A stretch of 60,862 nucleotides of DNA, the filler included, from Circinaria calcarea (lineage: Eukaryota): NCBI GenBank assembly GCA_051942165.1. It is 10 parts of 10 records of this genome, joined end to end, with 100 filler letters (N's around TTAATTAATTAA, not from the genome) between each part and the next. Parts side by side here need not be neighbours in the genome. Positions count along the whole stretch, not along the records: positions 24,398 to 30,393 come from JAVECS010001714.1; positions 30,494 to 36,489 come from JAVECS010001715.1; 8 more parts are not named here. One strand, given 5' to 3'. The notes under the pieces are model-generated. The model made no database searches, was not told the origin of the DNA, and saw only the letters and a list, made by a program, of their open reading frames with translations. Position 1 is the stretch's first letter, and every line of letters begins with the position of its first letter. The translations under genes and the position numbers were made by a program. This document shows, piece after piece, positions 25,083 to 36,589 of the stretch.

Positions 25083-26075
25083 CTAGGAGGAAGAAGCTGA
25101 TGAGTTTTCGTCTTCGTCCTCGTCCTCGTCCTCAGCTTGGCGGTCCTTCCTTTTTTCCAGCAATGCCAGAACATCCTTTTTGAAAGCCCTCGCGTTCGTA
25201 CCCAACCCCCACTTGTGGATCGCGTTACTCCACTTTGCATATTGGACGACGCCGTCCGCTGTGCTGAAGCTGCCAAGATGGATCATCCGAACGACGAATT
25301 TTTTGCCATTGTATACAGCTTCCCAAATTTGATAGGCTAATGAGTTGATCACAATCGAGTAATGCCTAACGTCTGAGAAGTCGCTGGTATTCAGTTCTTC
25401 CTTTAGTCGCCGGCGCTGGTGAAGCCAAACCGCGGAAGCTGCAGCAATTTGATGAATTGCCTCGCTTTCTTTCCCGGATCTCTCTGCCGTTTTCAATTCA
25501 AATGTTAGATAGGGGGAGACTCCACTCGGCTCAGCAAGGAGCCACTCTAAGTCCGGAGCAGAGATTTCCTCACGTACAGGATGTTCAAATATGTTCGAAA
25601 CAATCATGTATGTGGTATCAGGTTCGATATCCCAGTCATATATAAAGCCCATTTGCGAGGATACATACGGCCCAGCTTTGCCAGGTCTCCACCTCTCCCT
25701 CCACAGTGATGTAACCTGTTCGGGCCCGTCTTTGTTGATATAGTCATCAAAAGGTGCTAGCCACTTTGCTACGAGCTTATTGAAAGTCGCCTCATTGTAC
25801 CGGCGGCGGTGATACAGCATTATTTGATCGCTGATCTGAGTCGCGGTGTCCAGATCAATGTCAAGGTGCACCATGGATGACAGACTAGGATCGTCCATAA
25901 TTCCGTCATCAGGAATATCGTCGACTCTGGAACGGGGGGGGTCCTCGACAATTGATACGCCACATTGACTAAGGATATACTCCTGGAAGTAATTGTCCTT
26001 CGGTCCGATGAACGTCAGTCCATCTGTTCGTTTTCTCTTGCCTGATGAAGTGGAAGAAGCTCGAATTGTACTCAT
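25083..26075 (-). CDS. Intronless hypothetical protein with a PD-(D/E)xK nuclease-like signature
   Basis: 330-codon ORF from MSTIRASSTSSGKRKR; IEPDTTY ... SPYLTFELKTAERSGKESEAIHQIAAASAVWL; acidic tail EDEDEDE. Confidence 0.65.
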   Translation of the reverse strand: MSTIRASSTSSGKRKRTDGLTFIGPKDNYFQEYILSQCGVSIVEDPPRSRVDDIPDDGIMDDPSLSSMVHLDIDLDTATQISDQIMLYHRRRYNEATFNKLVAKWLAPFDDYINKDGPEQVTSLWRERWRPGKAGPYVSSQMGFIYDWDIEPDTTYMIVSNIFEHPVREEISAPDLEWLLAEPSGVSPYLTFELKTAERSGKESEAIHQIAAASAVWLHQRRRLKEELNTSDFSDVRHYSIVINSLAYQIWEAVYNGKKFVVRMIHLGSFSTADGVVQYAKWSNAIHKWGLGTNARAFKKDVLALLEKRKDRQAEDEDEDEDENSSASSS

Positions 26076-26815
26076 GGTTTCTGATTGTTTAGAATGGCTA
26101 TTATTATCGGGGGTGTCTTCCCGGTGGTTATTTTTGCTTATTGGGTTCTCCTCCGTACGGCACAACCAGCAAGGAAATGAGCACACAGGACAACGATGAC
26201 TTTGAGACTGGGGAGGCCGCTCTGTCCTTTTCGACGAGAGTATAGACTTTCGTCTTTTGTGGCGTCTTTCAGTCGATTCATTCGATATAGATAGATCTCT
26301 TTGGCGTTTACCTATGTGGTTTTAGCAACACTGGACGGTTAAGGTAAATTCGATCGGGGACGTACCGGTAGAATGACGGGCCCTTCCTCGCTCGACGTGA
26401 GGAACAAAACATCCATTTACCAACTGGGAGCTGCCTTTATCTTGTACATTTACGCTTATAGTACCAGCGCCTGCTGCCATATTGATTGGATGTGGTGAGT
26501 GGAGTTGTAACCCGCAGAACTACATAGCCATAATGCGGATGTATCAGCTAATTTTAGTGCAATTCGCGTTAATACACCATATCGAGGCAGAGTACCGTTA
26601 TTACTCCCTGATGAGAGAACTGGTACAGTATTTATCAAGCTTAACTAGGACAAGTCTCGAGTTGTTTTCCAGTTGATGGTCCTAGCGAGATTGATTGGTT
26701 GGCGCGGAAGCTCCCCGCGATTGCGGCGTCTATCTTATCCATCGATTGTCTTTAGCTCTGTAACAAGTCAGCACCAAAGATCCCAAAAAGTATCTAGATT
26801 GACATTTCCTTGTTC

Positions 26816-27477
26816 ATGGGCTCTTCATCTTCCAAGGTAGCCAAAACCGCCGTCGGGGCTACCAAACGTCAGTACCCTCAACGCATTCCCCCTAACCATG
26901 CCTCCTCACCATCCAATGCGCCGCCACCACCAGCCTCACAGGGTCCTATCGTACATCCAGACACACCGGCAAGCTCTGCGAGAAACGAAGGTAGCTGTCT
27001 AACCTACCCAATTGCCGGATATACGGAGCAATAGCTAACCCTACACTAGCTGTAGATCGCGACGCCGCAGACCCCGACTTCGCCCGCTCCCTCCGCTCAC
27101 TTGGACCGGTCACACCTTCCCCAACCCTATCCAATTCCTCCGCCTTCAATCCTACACAAGCTTCTACTACGAGCCCACATGGCCCAATTTTTCCTGACTC
27201 TGCCTCCAACCCTGCGATTCGGGTCCTGACATCTCGGTCAAATCTGAGTGCAGCAGCGGAAGCAGAGTTCAATCAAACGGGGAGAAAAGGGTTCAAGGGA
27301 AGGGAGTTTCTAGATGTGATGATGATCAGACAGGTTTTAATGCTGAGGGATGAGAGAGGAGTTGATGAGGCAGAGATTGAAAGGAGACTGGGTTTAAAAG
27401 AGGGAGTGGTAAAGAGATTAGGTGGGAAGGGGGTGGTGGGGGATGTAGGAGGAGGAGGTGGTCTGGGAGAACTGTAG
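26816..27477 (+). CDS. Conserved fungal hypothetical protein with C-terminal helix-turn-helix-like region (1 intron)
   Basis: MGSSSSKVAKTAVGATKRQYP (Gly2, possible myristoylation), intron about 26991-27049, DAADPDFARSLRSLGPV, GREFLDVMMIRQVLMLRDERG...IERRLGLKEGVVKRLG; stop at 27475-27477. Confidence 0.75.
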
Positions 27478-27627
27478 GTGGATAGAATCCACCGAAAGAC
27501 CCTACGCGTGACGTGAGGAGCTGCTGAGAGAGACTCGGTGATGATTCTGAGAGTGTGATATATGTGAGTGAGGTCCTAGATGTATATATTCTGATTTTTA
27601 ATTGTGTGAGTAGTTGATAGACATCTA

Positions 27628-28707
27628 CTACCACGCCGCATGGCCGCCGTCCGATCGTAGATCCGCGCCGGTCATGAAACTGGACCCATCGCTGATTAAG
27701 AAGACAGCTGCTCCTCGGTATTCCTGGGGCTTACTCAATCTCCCTAGCATGTTCTGCTTTGGCCATTCCGTCCTTCGTTCAGGGTATAGCTTAAAAAGCT
27801 CCTCAACCATCGCCGTTACAATGTAACCTGGGGATATGGTGTTGACGCGGATGCCGTATTCACCCCATTCTGATGCCAGATTGCGTGCCAACTGTGTCAC
27901 CGCCGATTTAGATGCATTATAGGCAGGACAAACAAGGCCCTCTCTTTGTCAGTCAGACTCATTATCCAAGTTATATATAACACTTACCCTATTCGCAATA
28001 GTCCCGCTCATACTAGCAATCAGCACTATGCTTCCACCATTTCCAAATTGAATCATTTGTTTAGCTACAGCCTGCGCTGTCATGAAGACTCCCGTGATGT
28101 TGACTTCGAACATCATATTTGCATCTTTCGCGGTATAATCAAGCGCGGGCGTTTCCTGTTGTATTCCCGCAGCTGCAATCAATCCATCCATCCGTCCATG
28201 TTCCTTTCCAATATCCCTGACAACCTTGTTAAGACCCTCAACATCTCGAACATCAATCTGTCGATAAGAAAAGGTCGTGCCTAGTTCTTCTGCTGCTCTT
28301 TTCTGTACTCTATAGAAATCTGGCGATGGCTCAGGTAATCGATCGAGAGCATAAACAATTGCCCCAGCTTCAAGTAGCGCTTCAGCTTGAATTAACCCTA
28401 GGCCCCTTGCTGCACCAGAGACCAAGACAACCTTGTCTGTGAGATTAAATTCTGGCATCCGCTTTGTGGTTCCAAGGAAGCTCGCAGATTCAGCGTTTTC
28501 ATCGAGGTTATCATTCTCTTTGGGAGGAGGAGCAGGCGGTCCCCGGCTTGATGTCTCTGGTGGGTGTCCCTGCGGTGGGTTCTGTAAAGATGATGATGCT
28601 GCACGGGCGACGCATCTCGAAACTGCTCGACGAGGTTTGAAAGAATCCGCTACTTGCACGGGAAGTTTGCAACGAACCGATCGCTGCAGCAGAGGTATAA
28701 ATCTCAT
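27628..28707 (-). CDS. Short-chain dehydrogenase/reductase, D-arabinitol/polyol dehydrogenase-like, with Arg-rich presequence (1 intron)
   Basis: VSGAARGLG, AAAGIQ, IASMSG, AYNASKSAV (YxxxK), IRVNTISPGY, DGGHAAW. Confidence 0.92.
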
Positions 28708-29199
28708 TCTAAAGTGGAGGTACTAGCCCATAGAACGTTGGAATCCCGTTACAATGCTAGTGATGGTCGTTGACAGGACGAGAGTCTAGTCTGACTTAGA
28801 CATTCACGAAGGCGATAAGCTGCCTTATTATTTCGAGCTCATCGCTCAGCTCTGTACAGTCAGAAGGATGATACAGCGAGAGTCTTGAAGATAACTAGCC
28901 TGGGAAGTCATCTCAATGTGTAGCTTGTAGCTATCTATCAGTGTTTGGAAAATGCTAGAGCAGCGGCGGGGAAGCTCCTGCGGGGAAAATTCCCAACCCC
29001 ACTTGAGCGGCTATGTCAACCGTAATGGCCTCGAAGATAATGCATCAGAAAAAGTCATTGGTCAATGAGTGAATAATCTCTAAGGGACTGTGCTCATACC
29101 TTTAGGTTATCTATTCAAAGTTTACATATTGATATCTGGCAGGGTTCTACTAAATGTAGGATACTGGTAACGCGCGCCAGCGCGCAATGCCCTGAAACG

Positions 29200-30393
29200 T
29201 ATTATAGTTATTAATATAGTACTCAGCATAACACTTAGCATATCGCCTAGTATAGCACCTAGTATAGCATCTAATAAAGCACCCAACATAATATCTAGTA
29301 TAGCACTCAGCATAGCACCCAGTATAGTATCTAATATAACACCTAGTATAGCACTCAGCATATCACGCTGCATAGTATAATAATAGCACGCCGTATAGCA
29401 TAATATGGAAAAAATACGCGGCATAGCATGGAAAGAGCATGCGGTATAGCATAGCAATAGCACACGGCATAGCATAGTAATAGCATGTGGTATAGCATAG
29501 CAATAGCACGCGGCATAGTATGAAAAAAGCACGCTGCATAGCAATAGCACGTTGTATAGCATGGAGCATAGCATGGAGCATAGCATGGAGCATAGCATGG
29601 AGCATAGCATGGAGCATGCTATGGAATATAGTATGGAGCATAGCATGGAGCATAGTATAGCGAAAACATGTGGTATAGCATAACGAAAGCACGCAGCATA
29701 GCATAAAGCATAGCACGCAGCAGAGCATAACTTGCAGTATAGCATAGCTCGCAGTATAGTATAACTCGCAGCATAGCATGAAAAGAGCACGTAGCATAGC
29801 ACGCAGCATAGCATGGAAAGAGCATGGAGCATAGCATGGAGTATAGCGTGGAGCATAGTATGAAGTATAGCATGGAAAGAGCATGGAGCATAGTATGGAG
29901 CATAGCAACTAGCATAGCATGGAAAGAGCATGGAGTATAGTATGGAGCATAGTATAGAGCATAGCATAGCAGGCAGTATAGCATAGCTCGCAGCATAACA
30001 TGGAGCATAGTATGGAAAGAGTATAGAGTATAGCATAGAGTATAACATGGAAAGAGCATGGAGCATAGTATGGAAAGAGCATAGAGTATAGCATAGAGCA
30101 TAGCATGGAAAGAGTATAGAGTATAGCATGGAGCATAGCATGGAGTATAGTATAAAGTATAGTATGGAGCATAGTATAGCGAAAACACGCGGCATAGCAT
30201 AACGAAAGCACGCAGCATAGCACGCAGCATAGCATAGCTGGCGGCATAGCATAGAAATGGCACGTAGCATAGCTCGCAGCATAGCATGGAGCTGCAGCAT
30301 AGCATGGAGCTGCAGCATAGCATGGAGCTGCAGCATAGCATGGAGCTGCAGCATAGCATGGAGCTGCAGCATAGCATGGAGCTGCAGCATAGC
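29200..30393. repeat. Degenerate AGCAT-based minisatellite (5-, 12- and 18-bp periodicities) running into the contig end
   Basis: Perfect 18-mers ATAGCATGGAGCTGCAGC at about 30281-30393; perfect 12-mers GGAGCATAGCAT at about 29560-29616; AGCAT/AGTAT variants throughout. Confidence 0.95.
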
Positions 30394-30493
30394 NNNNNNN
30401 NNNNNNNNNNNNNNNNNNNNNNNNNNNNNNNNNNNNNTTAATTAATTAANNNNNNNNNNNNNNNNNNNNNNNNNNNNNNNNNNNNNNNNNNNN

Positions 30494-30740
30494 CTTCAAT
30501 CTAGAGCGAGAATTACGATCTTGTTTCGCAGAAGTGGCACCGCAGCTTCCAGCTGAAATCCAGGCTAGAGCACGAGCTCCCACTAAGATTAAAACAGAAG
30601 TAGTTGGTCATCGACCAGGAGGTGTTCTAGAACGGTTTGGTGGTGAGAAGGCTAAGGTTTACGATAGCCAGAAACCAAATTATGGATTCAAGGAGTTTTG
30701 GAAGGATCTCTGGGGCGGGGGGAAAGAAAGGATGGTCTGA
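30494..30740 (+). CDS. 3' end of an unidentified protein-coding gene
   Basis: Open frame from the contig start ending ...KAKVYDSQKPNYGFKEFWKDLWGGGKERMV*. Coding-like composition; family not recognised. Confidence 0.55.
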
Positions 30741-31138
30741 TTCCCCAGCAGGGATTGGTAACGAGCAAATTCTCTTGTCAGAAATGGCAATTACAGAGCA
30801 AAGACTATATAGGCTCCGTCCTGGGATAACATCTTCTCAGGCTCGAAATGGGAATCAAAAATCAGCTGCCGATGAAGTTACGATGATTGCCCAAGTATTA
30901 ACAATGCAAGACAATTTTATTGTGTCCCGGAATATGTTTCTCCTAGGTTGCACGATTGAAGACGATATATCTTCATTGTTTTTGAACAGCCAGCAGCTCG
31001 GTATATAAAAAGGAGGGTATTTAGCCGCTGGATTAGAAGAGAAAACATCATGCGCCTCCATATCTGTCAGCACCACAAACCACGCTACCAAATTCGGCAT
31101 ACACCCAGTGATTAGACACAATTAAGGCATGGCCAGCA

Positions 31139-31908
31139 TTAGAGCAAAACTAGGCCACCCAATAGCCCAGCTCCTGCAGCAGCCATTCCCAGCATCGCCT
31201 TGGCAGCTCCGGTTGGCGATGCAGCACCAGCAGTGGAAATCGACGAGGAGCTCGCTGTTGGTAATCCCGAGGCAGTTGTTGCCGCCACAGCCGATGTCGT
31301 CATTGAAGGGGAAGCAGTGGTGGTGGTAGCCGCCGATTCGGTAACAGTCGCGGCTCCGGTGGTCGGCGTACTAATCCGTGTACTATTCGCCGGAGTGATG
31401 GTAAGAATGCTCGCCGCGATATCTATCAATTGATTCTGCACCTGAGTGTGAACGTTGTTGACGGCCGAGTACCAGGATTGCTCGGTGAAGGAGGAATTGT
31501 ATTCGGCTGCAAGTTTGCTGAAGCCGATCGAGTTATACTGCGTGAAGATGGACGTGGGGATTTCGGTTGCAAGGTTGGCAGTGAGAGATTTAATGAGGCC
31601 TGTTTCCAGGGCGTCGAAAGCAACCGAGAGACTGGTAATCTGCAAAAGTGGAATGTCAGTCTGGGTCCCTATACCAAGGACGACATCCCAGGGTTACTTA
31701 CCTGGATCGGACTCAATTTGCTGGCGGACGCTGCCTCGATTGCGGACGACTTACTTGCTCGTAATGATGCAAGTGCCGAAGCATCGGTGGTGGATGTTGT
31801 AGCCGAAACGACTTCGGTGCTGTTCGCGGGGACCGTGACTGTTGTAGTGGTTTGAGCCGCGACGCCCACAGCCAGCAGAGCTACGCCAAAGACGAAGATA
31901 TCCTGCAT
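31139..31908 (-). CDS. Secreted Ser/Thr-rich, probably GPI-anchored cell-surface protein (1 intron)
   Basis: Signal MQDIFVFGVALLAVGVAA-Q, intron about 31700-31640, helical core, S/T-rich stalk, C-terminal hydrophobic tail AGAASPTGAAKAMLGMAAAGAGLLGGLVLL. Confidence 0.85.
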
Positions 31909-32300
31909 TTTAGGTATATGTATTTGGATTGGAAGCACCTAAGAGATGGAGAGACTCAAAGAATTAGAGAGCGTACAGGATTCGAGGCAAACGAGTGGTG
32001 CGATCAAAGCAGATCTATGTGTATGCGAGCAAAGGGCGGAAGGTGGAGAATACGTGGAACAACAACTGTTGGCGGCGAAGGCCAAAGGACAATTATACAT
32101 GTTGGCCGCAGCGCATCACGGCTCATAGTTCCCGACTACCATCTAAAGCCACCAACGGTTTGCTGGACAGTCCAATCTTCCGCTTGCAGATGCCATAGGT
32201 CAAAGAGCTGCAGCCCCCAAGGCTGAGCCTCGAGATGCCTGGCTTTCATGCAAGCTAGAGAGTTTAATTCCCAAGTCTTGACCGATTGGAGATCTTTGAA

Positions 32301-32320
32301 AGAGAGAGAGAGAGAGAGAG
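32301..32320. repeat. (AG)10 microsatellite
   Basis: Read directly. Confidence 0.9.
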
Positions 32321-33640
32321 CGCGTCGATGTTGGAGGCGTAGCTGTCCGGTAATTGGCCGGACTCAAGGGGCTTGTTTTAAAATTGGGAGGATGTAAATT
32401 AGACGGCCCGAATAGTTTCGGCGCATTGGCGACTCCATAGATGAGGTAGACAGCAACGCTTGATGGATGATGGGTACTCCCACTGCGACCGCAAAGGATG
32501 ATGAAAGTAGTTGAAATCAAACGTTCACTTTCCTCTGACATCAAAGGGAACCATATTGACATTGGTCGCCTGCGGAGATTAGGAGAGATTTCCACGGCAG
32601 CATCGTGCATGTACATGGTGCTTCCCCTCAATTCTGTATGTACCCTTACCATACCACATACTCTACTCCGTGCCTAAGCTTCCAACGTTCGTTCAGCCTC
32701 GGGAGATTTGCAGTTTGATCCACAGTTAAACCCGCTCTCTGCCGCCGGGACGGGAACTGGTTTCATCTTCCCGCGAGACGGGTGTACGGCAAAATAATGT
32801 ACTTTGTCCTGCACCTGCGCCACGCTAGTCTGTAGGGGGGATAGGTTTTCTCGCTTCAAGCTCGAGGCTCGAGGCTCCTTTTCAGCTATCTAATTTTAGA
32901 TTTGGACGGCAATCGCGTCGAGCTTCAAGGTACAGTACACAATCGAAGTTTTATATGGACACCTGGAGGAAGCCCATCTAATTACCATTTCTGTCTTTGC
33001 TCACGGCGTCTTGCTCAGATATCAGCTGTGCTTGGGAGACGATCGTGGACGAGAAATAGCGTCGAAACGTTTGACATGTCGAGCTGAATCCGTGCGAGGA
33101 ATATCACGAACCGCTCCTCTTCTATCCCCATAGCACTGCTTGTGGATGTCATCGAGACCAGAGACAAAATACAGCAAGGGGTCCTGATGTAGTATACATA
33201 GAGCGCTAACAAATGCTCTTTGAATTCTAGAGATGATGTTGAGCCATTACCTTTCATTCCTATCGGGACGTGTGAGGCTGGCAACATGCAAGAGAAAAGC
33301 TCCCCAATGGAGCTCAGGCGGATAATCGCTTCAAGTCAATCCTCGTTGTCTCCGATGGATAGCCTTTCGGCACATGCGCACCTGTGGAGTAATCTCTGAT
33401 CGAACAGCAGAACGAAACGCCGACAAATCTGACTTTGTGGTACCTTCGCAAACGTGTTGAACAGGTTGCTTCGCGACCATGAATTCCTCTGTTGCACGAC
33501 CATAGTTCTTGGCTATATTTTCTGGAGACGCCAGTATAGATACGGGTAAGAGCGGAATATCTTTCCAGAAGTTGTATCAGGCATCTCATGGTGACTGACT
33601 GCAGAAACAAATTCCTTCTTCAGCATTTTGAGAAGCAGAC

Positions 33641-34885
33641 ATGGCGACTGTGATGGCGTTCCCCCCCATAACTAATTCTTGGCCGTACACTCCGCTGGCA
33701 ATGAATAATCTGCACGCAATTCAAAGCCCTGATTACATCACATGCGACAGAGCTTACGCAGGCACGCAAGGTGACCTCAAATTGTCGGAATGCATGCAGG
33801 CGGCCGGCAGACTGCCCGTCGGTAGTACCGAGGTGACCTACCAAGACCATCTCCCATACGGGTTACCGACTGTGCTAGAAAGTGGGCAGTGCCAAGTCCA
33901 AGTGGACAGACTCGAGAGATTCAGTTTCGTGGGTCCGGATCTTCCTTTCATGGCTAAACCCGACTTATTTCGGGACCTCGCAGCTGAGGTCATCAGACAA
34001 TGTGTTATTCCGAGAGGGCACGGTGGGTTCGCCACTCTTGGAATGCAAAACCTGATGGATTGGGCGACAAACAGCGCGACAAGCTTGGGCGAACTCTTAG
34101 AGGAACATATACCGCAGACGCTGGAAGCCTTCACCGTCAACGTTTTTGGAAAGGCAGTAGGAGATGAAGCGGCATACCCAGGCGAAACCGATCCCTCAAT
34201 TGCTTACTCTCTAGCATACGCGCTAGACCAAGCTGGCCAAAAACAAGCTGACGGGAGTAATTTGAAAGCTCATTACGAAAGAGCGGCGGCAGTACTCGAG
34301 GAAAGAGGAGACGAGATGGAGCGTCTGGGGCACATAACTTGGCAGCAATACAAAGCGTCTCCGCCCATCTCGCAACGTCACATGGTCTATGAGTGTGATA
34401 GCAAGCTCGGAGTCCCCATGTCTGCGGATTGCAGTCAGCTGGCCTACTCGGAGCTGGGTCCACCCTCGGATACCATAACTATCGGACCCAACGCGGCCAA
34501 GTTCCTTTCTTCCAAAACCTGCAACGTGGCCATCACGGCCAGTATCAATCTTGCCCTCACGTGGCACCAGATTAAAGCTGCACTAGGCACGCTCATCGAC
34601 ACCTGTGTCATGCATCCGCTACTGCCTGCACGGGGCGGTCGAGCGTATGCTGGGAGGCAGTCAATTAAACAAAGACTTGGCAGCTCTGTGATCGGAAGAA
34701 GGAGAAATACCGTCACTGGCCTGAATGCTCTGTCACCGCATGTCAATATCACACTTTTCCAGCAGGCGGAGCCGGTGCCTGCGACTTTGGCGGATGAGCT
34801 GAAGACTTGCACGTGGGAGCAGGTGAAGAAAGGAGGTAATATCAAGACATGTGTGCGAGATCCAGGTCCACCCATTGGTGGATAG
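33641..34885 (+). CDS. Hypothetical protein with two tandem 4-Cys domains (Ecp2/KP4-like pattern)
   Basis: 414-aa uninterrupted ORF with two repeats of a C...C...CxV...CV...GG pattern. Fold assignment is inference. Confidence 0.7.
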   Translation: MATVMAFPPITNSWPYTPLAMNNLHAIQSPDYITCDRAYAGTQGDLKLSECMQAAGRLPVGSTEVTYQDHLPYGLPTVLESGQCQVQVDRLERFSFVGPDLPFMAKPDLFRDLAAEVIRQCVIPRGHGGFATLGMQNLMDWATNSATSLGELLEEHIPQTLEAFTVNVFGKAVGDEAAYPGETDPSIAYSLAYALDQAGQKQADGSNLKAHYERAAAVLEERGDEMERLGHITWQQYKASPPISQRHMVYECDSKLGVPMSADCSQLAYSELGPPSDTITIGPNAAKFLSSKTCNVAITASINLALTWHQIKAALGTLIDTCVMHPLLPARGGRAYAGRQSIKQRLGSSVIGRRRNTVTGLNALSPHVNITLFQQAEPVPATLADELKTCTWEQVKKGGNIKTCVRDPGPPIGG

Positions 34886-36240
34886 AGGACACCGGTAAGT
34901 CCCAGAGTCTACCAGTGACATCAATTCAGACGAGGATGAGTTGGATTAGTTCCCTAGTCGAAGGTATATCCAGGAATCTGTTCTCGCCGTCAGCCGTGAT
35001 GTGTGAGTTCCAGAATCCTGCCACGGACTTACCTCCTTTCCTCCCGCGGCACAATGATTGAGAACGCCCGGCTCTGCACAATACTCCGATTCAAGAGCTA
35101 TTTGCGCCCTCTCAATAGTTGATATCTGATGGCACCACCCGAAAATCTCCATCCGTCAAATTCCCAGCTACGTAGTTTGGGGGGTTTTAGGCAGGCTGCA
35201 AATAACCTTTATCCCGATTTACATCCACGTCCAAACTAACCAAGTCCGTTTTTCATAAATTTGGAAAGTAGAAGGCACTCATGCCTCTGAGAACGTACTC
35301 CTTACTGGGCGTATTCATCCCCACAACCCTACATTGCACTCGGTCCTCGATTCCCTTATATTTTCTCCCTCGGATACATGATCACCCCTGTTCTGTGCAA
35401 GACGTCAATTCCCTCGGATTCATTTGTTGCGGAAACCGAATCGGGATTTCCGATCTCTATCTCATACTATGGTCGGAAGGGGAATAGTTGTTAGTTCAAT
35501 TTAAGTTTGTCCCCTGCATACCGAAGTAGCAACCAAACCAGCAAATCCTCAGCAGAAAGAACCATATAATCTTAGGACTATCTTTCGGGCACATGATCTA
35601 TTTTCTCTTACCGCTGCGCAGTATAGTTTGCGCTTACTGTGATTATTCCGGGAAACCTCCCCGCTGGGTATTTTATTTGCTTTGCTTTGCGACCACAAGT
35701 AAAGCTGTAAAATCGCGCTAGGCCAGAACGAGAGCGGAGATACTATATTCCGACACCGTATCTCTGCTCCGGATTTATGATTTTTCTCAGTGCCTTTTGT
35801 ATTTCCTGATTGGAAAGACCCAAAGTTATCGACATTACTTATTAAATCGCTCTATATAAATAATGTAGTGCTTATTTATTTACTGCCTGTTTCTGTCTAC
35901 CGGGGGAAATAGTCTTGCTCGGATCTGAGGAAACCATATCTATTCTCATATGTATTAATATATGAGCAGTCTCGTACGGCCGTATCTTGTTTTTAGGGCA
36001 TTTTACGAAGTACTCGGATCGATCTGTGGTCATATCCGGACTTTACTCCTTACGTCCTATCGACTTCAATATATATTAAACATCTGTCAGTCCCGAGTAG
36101 AAAAATGATTCCATGTTAGAAATCCATATAAACAAATCGCTCTTTCCTTTCATATCCAAGCTACGAGGACATTGTCTTACACCTCTCTAATTTTCAGCAC
36201 ACCAACCCGGTAGTTCTGCAGGCTCCATACACGCCACGCC

Positions 36241-36489
36241 ATGGTCCCCCTTCCCGACGTCCAATCCTCGAATTCCCGCATCGCCTCTGCCCTTCCTCCG
36301 GGCCTCGTCGCCGTCTTTGTCGGTGCGACCAGCGGCATCGGCGAAACGACGCTGAAGCAGTTCGCCAAGCATGTCCGCCAACCGCGCGTCTATTTTATCG
36401 GCCGCTCGCAGGAAGCCGGAGATCGCATCGCGACCGAATGCAAGGCGCTGAACTCCGATGGCGAGTACATCTTCGTCAAGGCGGACACC
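36241..36489 (+). CDS. Atypical short-chain dehydrogenase/oxidoreductase, 5' fragment
   Basis: MVPLPDVQSSNSRI...VAVFVGATSGIGETTLKQFA...PRVYFIGRS (TxGxG Rossmann motif); truncated by the linker. Confidence 0.85.
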
Positions 36490-36589
36490 NNNNNNNNNNN
36501 NNNNNNNNNNNNNNNNNNNNNNNNNNNNNNNNNTTAATTAATTAANNNNNNNNNNNNNNNNNNNNNNNNNNNNNNNNNNNNNNNNNNNN

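Noticed and set aside
29122..30390. Long overlapping Cys/Met/Leu/Tyr-rich ORFs (422, 252, 181, 112 aa)
   Set aside because: Translations of the satellite. The ATGCT-based strand is stop-poor, so several frames are open at once.
29200..30393. CRISPR-like or telomeric array
   Set aside because: No constant repeat with unique spacers, no cas genes, eukaryotic context, and the unit is not TTAGGG-like.
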